Positions 58,910-64,000 of a DNA stretch of 64,000 nucleotides are shown piece after piece. Source of the stretch: Candidatus Tectimicrobiota bacterium (GTDB lineage Bacteria > JACPUC01); the NCBI GenBank assembly GCA_016192455.1, contig JACPUC010000030.1, forward strand, positions 1-64,000. The letters run 5' to 3'. Position 1 is the first letter of the stretch; each line of letters opens with the position of its first letter. The notes under the pieces were generated by a model that was given only the letters and a program-made list of their open reading frames with translations, did not search any database and was not told the origin of the DNA. The position numbers and the translations under genes were made by a program.

Positions 58910-59323
58910 ATGAAGTTCCATACGGAATATCGCACCTTCCATACCCAAAAGCATCGCGAGTACCTTAACATCACCCGCGAAGTTGAAGAGGTGGTGGCAA
59001 AGAGCGGCATTGCGGAGGGGATGGTGCTCGTTTCCGCCCTGCATATCACGGCGGGGGTCTACATCAACGATGCGGAGTCCGGCCTTCTGCAGGATATCGA
59101 GGACTGGCTGGAGCGCCTGGCGCCGAGCGGGCCAGACTATCACCACCATCGCAGCGGCGAGACCAACGGCGACGCGCACCTGAAGAACCTCCTCATCGGC
59201 CATCAGGTGCTGGTGCCAGTGACCGAAGGGCGTCTTGATCTGGGGCCATGGCAGCAGGTGTACTACGCGGAGTTCGATGGTCAACGCCCCAAACGCCTCA
59301 TTATCAAGGTCATGGGTGGTTGA
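58910..59323 (+). CDS. yjbQ: YjbQ/UPF0047 family protein
   Basis: [32 protein letters not shown]. Confidence 0.92.
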   Translation: MKFHTEYRTFHTQKHREYLNITREVEEVVAKSGIAEGMVLVSALHITAGVYINDAESGLLQDIEDWLERLAPSGPDYHHHRSGETNGDAHLKNLLIGHQVLVPVTEGRLDLGPWQQVYYAEFDGQRPKRLIIKVMGG

Positions 59324-59453
59324 GCCTGGGACCGCTGGGGATGCGGCGCAGAAAAAACTGCTTGACGGAAACTTCCAGCCATTTTACTAGGGATAACGAC
59401 TATCAGGCGTACCCCAACCCGCAAGCCTCACGAGAACTGCCTGAGACCCGTTG

Positions 59454-60296
59454 ATGTCGCTGAAACTCGCCGCATTCGAAATTCTGCGCGCCTGCCGCGC
59501 CTCACTCCCCGCTAGAGAACTTGCCCAGCGCCTCTTCAAGAGTCCGTGCATTCCTCCGTCGTTGAGCGAGACGCTCATCGCCACGTTATTCTCGCAAGAT
59601 GAGCGGTTCGTCCGCGACAACGGGGAGAGATGGCGTCTTTCCTCTGTCTGCCTGCAGAGCAGCCTCTTTCACGACTTCATCGAGCTGGCGTCGTTTTGTG
59701 TCGTCGATGTCGAAACCACGGGAGGCAAACCGCCGGCCGACAAGATCACCGAGCTTGCCGCGGTGCGGGTGCAAGGCGGGAAGCAGGTGGGGGAGTTCTG
59801 CGCCCTGGTGAACCCTGGGCGGCCGATCCCGCCCTTCGTGGCTCGATTGACGGGGATCAACGATGGCATGGTGGAGAAGATGCCGTCGATCGAGGAGGTG
59901 CTGGAATCGTTCCTGTCGTTTTTGGGAGAGAGCATCTTCGTCGCTCACCACGCCTCGTTCGACCGGCGCTTCCTCAACGCGGCCCTCGAAGAGGTGGGGC
60001 GACTCCCCATGGCGAATCCCGAGCTCTGCAGCGCGCGTCTGGGGCGTCGTTTCCTGCCGCACGTGCGTAGCTCATCCCTCGACAGCCTGGCGGCCTACTT
60101 CGGGATTGAGATCCCGTACCGTCACCGCGCCTTCGGCGATGCCCGCGCCACGGGTGAGCTCCTCCTCCGCTACCTGGAGATGGCGGCCGACTTCGGCATC
60201 CACAGCCTCAGCGCCCTGCTCGCCTTCCAGAAGCAGGCCCGCAAGCAGCCACGGGCCCGGCGCCACCGCAAAAAAAAGCAGGCAGCCTCGTCCTGA
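59454..60296 (+). CDS. DEDDh 3'-5' exonuclease (DnaQ/PolC-exo-like) with N-terminal extension
   Basis: VVDVETTG, LTGI, AHHASFD, HRAFGDA. Confidence 0.9.
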   Translation: MSLKLAAFEILRACRASLPARELAQRLFKSPCIPPSLSETLIATLFSQDERFVRDNGERWRLSSVCLQSSLFHDFIELASFCVVDVETTGGKPPADKITELAAVRVQGGKQVGEFCALVNPGRPIPPFVARLTGINDGMVEKMPSIEEVLESFLSFLGESIFVAHHASFDRRFLNAALEEVGRLPMANPELCSARLGRRFLPHVRSSSLDSLAAYFGIEIPYRHRAFGDARATGELLLRYLEMAADFGIHSLSALLAFQKQARKQPRARRHRKKKQAASS

Positions 60297-60426
60297 GCTG
60301 CCTGCTTTTTTTGCTGCCGTATCCTGGCCTGGGGGAGTGTGCCGCTTCAAGAGCCTAAGGGGCGGTCCGCGTTCTTCCGCGCTGCCGCCGAAGCCGTGGA
60401 GTGCAGCCGCCGGTGCTGCGCCGTCA

Positions 60427-61071
60427 TCACGAGCCTACCGGCAGCATCATCACGCGGGCAAGGCGTTCCAGTGCCTTGTTCTGAATCTGTCGGATGCGCT
60501 CACGGGTAAGGTCAAATTCCTGACCGATCTCTTCCAGGGTTCGCTGTGGCCGGTTCTGGATGCCGAGCCGCTGCATGAGGATCTCCCGCTCGCGGTAGGG
60601 GAGCTTCTGCAGCCACTGGAACGCCATGGGGTCGTCTCCGCAGAGGGCCTCCACCACTTCAGGATGCCTCTCCGGCAGGCTCGGTCCTTCATGTCCAAAC
60701 TTCGGCCGGCGGGGAATCTTATACTCCCGCATGCGGGCCAGGATGGAAGACTTGCTGTACCCCATGTTGTCGGCGATCTGGGCGGCCGTCAGGCGCTTCT
60801 CGAGGTACTCGCGCCGCAGCGTCTCGGCATCAATAGCGGCCCGATGCGGGCGGCCCTTGCCGTTGATGTCCACTTCCTTGAAAAAGCGCTCTGGGTCGAT
60901 GTGAAAGGCCGCGAGGATCTTGTGGATGCTCTCGTTGCTTGGCACACGACGACCGCGCTCGAAGTAGTAGATCGCCGTCGGACTTAAGCCGGCAAGCTCG
61001 GCGAACTTCTTCCGCGACAGACCGAGAACACTTCGTATCTCGAAAATCTTTTCGTGTATCGTCATCTTCAT
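60427..61071 (-). CDS. XRE-type HTH + second HTH + sigma70 region 4 fusion protein
   Basis: IRSVLGLSRKKFAELAGLSPTAIYYFERGRRVP; LTAAQIADNMGYSKSSI; REREILMQRLG…TLEEIGQEFDLTRERIRQIQNKALERL. Confidence 0.8.
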   Translation of the reverse strand: MKMTIHEKIFEIRSVLGLSRKKFAELAGLSPTAIYYFERGRRVPSNESIHKILAAFHIDPERFFKEVDINGKGRPHRAAIDAETLRREYLEKRLTAAQIADNMGYSKSSILARMREYKIPRRPKFGHEGPSLPERHPEVVEALCGDDPMAFQWLQKLPYREREILMQRLGIQNRPQRTLEEIGQEFDLTRERIRQIQNKALERLARVMMLPVGS

Positions 61072-61239
61072 GGTCAGCTCGACATCCTCATGTTAACGGG
61101 GTGGGAGGTACAGGCAGCGGTCTCGCCCCCCGGCAGGGACCGCCTCTCAGGAGCAGCAACGAACGGACGACCGGCAACACCAAACCCCCTTGACGCGAAA
61201 GCAGCACACGCCCTTCCACTTCTCTGTCACGATGGTTGA

Positions 61240-61268
61240 AATATATACACGAACACAACTGATGTCAA
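61240..61268 (-). promoter_or_regulatory. Putative sigma70 promoter for the XRE-sigma4 gene
   Basis: Minus strand TTGACA-N17-TATATT, ~170 bp upstream of the start. Confidence 0.55.
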
Positions 61269-61967
61269 GAAGCAGCCTGCACATTTTTCATGGTAGATGC
61301 TGGAAATTCCTAAGCTTGCGGACGAGCCCCTGAAACTTCTCAACACTACCCCCCCGGTCAAACGCTAACACTTCACGATGAAAAGATTTGAAGTCGGTTC
61401 AGAGACAAGAGCCCGACCTCCGCAGGAGCTGGCGCGAGGCGAGATGGCGGCCCGCCGCAGCCGGGACCGAGTCACCGACGCGCCCTGCCACAACCGAGGG
61501 AGCCGCTGCTTCTTCCCCCTCTCTGCATCACAGATGGGAGAATATGTCAAGTAGATTACCGCTTCCTCCTTGGGCCCTGGAGCTTGGCACTCCTACCCCG
61601 CCGGCGGATGCTTGCCAGGGCACACCTTGCACTGCCGCTGCATTGTGGCCCCCTCGGCGCTTCGCGGTGCAGGGCGTTCACCATGGGAAACGCTCCCCGC
61701 AACCTGCTACCCCAAACTTCCAGAAGCGCTCCATTGCTCCTTAACATTTAGGAGACAAGACAAGTGTCAAGGAAGTTCCCATGTCCTGCGCCGTTTGTTG
61801 ATGAGGGGCAGCCGCCGGCGCCTGCCCGCCAGCCTGGTCGCCCAAGTTCGGCGGTCGCGCCGCGGCGGCCGACAGGGGAAGGGCGATGGCGCCCGGGCTC
61901 GATGGCGCCAGGCAGGGCGGCCGCCCCGGAGCTGGGGCGCGCAAGCGACTCGGGCGCCGCGTGGCGC

Positions 61968-62843
61968 TCATGAGGGGTAGAGCGCCAGCACGAGCACTCC
62001 GAACATCGTGCACAGCCCGCCGAGGATAGCGGCAGGAGTGAACTGCTCATAGCGGCGCATGAAGAGGGCTCCGAAGATGAGGGTGCCGAGAGGATTGCTG
62101 TTCACAATCGGCGAGATGGTGATCAGGTCGCCGTGGCGCAGGGCGGTAAAGTAGAGGGCATAGGCAATGGTGATGGAGAGACCGGCCAGGGTCAGGTAGG
62201 GGAGATCACGGCGGGCGGCGCGCCAGGGTCCCAGCGCGGGGCTGAGCACCCGAACGATTCCGAGCAGAGCAAGGGCCGCCGTGGTGGCCAGGGCGCTCCC
62301 CAGCATCGGCGCGCCACCTTGCAACAGCGCCTCCTTGCGCAGAACCATGGCCCCGGAGAAGCAGATGGCTGAGGCCAGGGGGTAGATGAGGTCGCTCCGT
62401 TTGAACGCCTTGACCTGGCGCTCGAAGGAGATCAACGCCACCCCCAGAACCACCGTCACCGCCCCGATGGCGGTCGGCAGCGTCAGGCGTTCGCCGAAGA
62501 AGATGATGCCCGCCAGGGCGGCGAAGAAGGGGGCGACCGCCGTCAGTGGCGCGGCGCGCGCCATGCCGACGCGGATGATGCCCTCGAAGAAGAGGTACCA
62601 GGAGAGCGCCGGAGAGAGGAACCCCGAGAGCACGAAGTAGAGGCCGGCGCCCAGGCCCGCAAGCTCGAGCTGGCCGAAGAAGGCGGCTACGAGCCAGAGG
62701 CCAAGGCAGGCGACGGCCACCGAGAAGAGGACGCCAGCGAAGGTGGAGGTGCCCCGCAAGCCGAGCCGGACCAGGATCGTTTGGGCGGAGAAACTCAGGG
62801 AGGTGAGGAGAGCCAGGATCTCTGGAGTCATGCCGGTCTTCAT
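61968..62843 (-). CDS. EamA/DMT family transporter
   Basis: ~10 hydrophobic segments in two repeats; ARAAPL…PFFAAL…FGERLT; ATG at 62843 or 62831. Confidence 0.88.
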   Translation of the reverse strand: MKTGMTPEILALLTSLSFSAQTILVRLGLRGTSTFAGVLFSVAVACLGLWLVAAFFGQLELAGLGAGLYFVLSGFLSPALSWYLFFEGIIRVGMARAAPLTAVAPFFAALAGIIFFGERLTLPTAIGAVTVVLGVALISFERQVKAFKRSDLIYPLASAICFSGAMVLRKEALLQGGAPMLGSALATTAALALLGIVRVLSPALGPWRAARRDLPYLTLAGLSITIAYALYFTALRHGDLITISPIVNSNPLGTLIFGALFMRRYEQFTPAAILGGLCTMFGVLVLALYPS

Positions 62844-63236
62844 CCCTTCCTGGCGGCGAGCGACGCGCAGCCGCGGCGCACGGCGTTCGCGCCGCCCAGG
62901 CGAGCAAGCCGGGCACGGAACCCCGCGGGACGTGCCAGCCGTCGCACCGACCTTGTACCTTGACTGCCAAGGAAGTTCAAATGGCGGGGAGCGGGGGGCC
63001 CCAGTTCTCCTCCAACGAATGCCTCCCGCTGGCGTGGCCATTAGGGGGCTTTCACCTTGACAAAACCTGAGGAGACTGTTAGGCAGCAAGGCAGGGAGCG
63101 TCATCGCGATCATCGTGGCGGAAGTTCCACAGGGTGGCTCGCGCTCCTCGGTGGCGCGCGCGTCGGGTTTCGCGGCCCAGGTTTTGCGGTCTCGCGCGCC
63201 GGACCAGCCTTCGTGCTACAGCTCAAGGAGTGCCCC

Positions 63237-64000
63237 ATGGCAAAAGACCTGCGTAGCTTCCTCGAAGATCAACAGCGCTGCTTCCCGGAGGAGTTCCTCA
63301 CCATCAAGAAGCCGGTGGACCCGCGAAACTGGGACATCTCGGCGATTCTTGAGCACTTGCGCCGCCAGGGACGCTTCGAGATCACGATGTTCGAACAGCC
63401 GCTGGGGATGAACGGCAAGCCCTCCCCCTTCCGCACCCTCTACAACGCCTTCGCCACGCGCCAGCGCTGCGCTGATGCCATCGAGTTTGATCGCGAGCAG
63501 TGGAAGATGCCTCTCAGCGAGGAGTTCGGACGCCTCGAAGAGCAGGTGGTGGAGCCGGTCACCGTGGCGCCCGGCCAGGCGCCCGTCAAGGAGGTGGTGC
63601 AGCGAGGGGAGGAGTGCGATGTCGGGGTCTTTCCCGGCGCCCGTTACCACCATGCCGACATCGGCCCCTACTTCGTCATGACCATGGTGCTGAAGGATGA
63701 AGAGGGAGGGTTCTACGACATCTCCTTCGCCAAGAACCTCTACAAGGGGCCGCGCAAAGTCTCGGCTTCTCTCACCTTGCCGCACCTGAAGCGCATCTTC
63801 GAGCAGAATGAGAAAAAGGGGAAAGAAACCCCGTGCATCATCGTGCTGGGGCATCACCCGGCCTTCTACTGGGGCTCGCTGGCGCTGACGCCGTTTGGGA
63901 ATGACGACTACCGCACCGTGGGGGCGTTCCTGCGCGAACCCCTCCGCTTGACCCCCTCGGAGACCTGGGGAAGCGACTTCATGGTGCCGGCGGACGCGGA
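63237..64000 (+). CDS. UbiD-family (prFMN-dependent) decarboxylase, 3'-truncated by the window edge
   Basis: Not in the ORF track (no stop in window); my translation gives MAKDLRSFLE…KKPVDP…APVKEVV…D.GPY…IIVLGHHP…VPADA; AAGGAG RBS. Confidence 0.85.
   Translation, partial: MAKDLRSFLEDQQRCFPEEFLTIKKPVDPRNWDISAILEHLRRQGRFEITMFEQPLGMNGKPSPFRTLYNAFATRQRCADAIEFDREQWKMPLSEEFGRLEEQVVEPVTVAPGQAPVKEVVQRGEECDVGVFPGARYHHADIGPYFVMTMVLKDEEGGFYDISFAKNLYKGPRKVSASLTLPHLKRIFEQNEKKGKETPCIIVLGHHPAFYWGSLALTPFGNDDYRTVGAFLREPLRLTPSETWGSDFMVPADA

Noticed and set aside
61075-61235. Riboswitch in the leader of the XRE-sigma4 gene
   Set aside because: Only an isolated CTGAGA; the remaining TPP/SAM/cobalamin consensus elements are not evident

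Overview
High-GC bacterial chromosomal segment; its taxon cannot be determined from the sequence alone. From left to right it contains: a secreted metzincin (matrixin-like) protease; a 240-bp tandem array of nested REP-like palindromes; a TM-NB-ARC-TPR (NLR-like) gene; and a minus-strand type II FAS/PKS-like cluster (B12-binding radical SAM, two KS + catalytically dead CLF-like pairs, ACP, FabG, FabZ and an intercalated secreted protein). Next come tRNA-His, an FMN reductase, a Schlafen/AlbA_2-HATPase gene, sixA and a complex I operon nuoA-C-D-H-I-J-K-L-M-N that lacks nuoB and nuoEFG. These are followed by an acyl-CoA ligase with a ferredoxin and a hydantoinase/oxoprolinase A/B operon interrupted by an MNT gene and a HEPN remnant. 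Then come several hydrolases, an SDR with a dead active site, hsp20 followed by a truncated clpB, a low-GC pentapeptide-TIR gene and a nitrilase with an ABC substrate-binding protein. The right end holds a USP-PCP_red-rubredoxin fusion, a cupredoxin-like protein, yjbQ, a DEDDh exonuclease, an XRE-sigma70 region 4 fusion, an EamA transporter and a partial UbiD gene. Many intergenic regions carry a MITE-like dispersed repeat family. The best candidates for undescribed biology are the B12-rSAM double KS/CLF lipid or polyketide cluster, the nuoB-less complex I, the XRE-sigma4 fusion and the membrane-anchored NLR-like protein. All product calls come from motif recognition by eye; no database searches were run.
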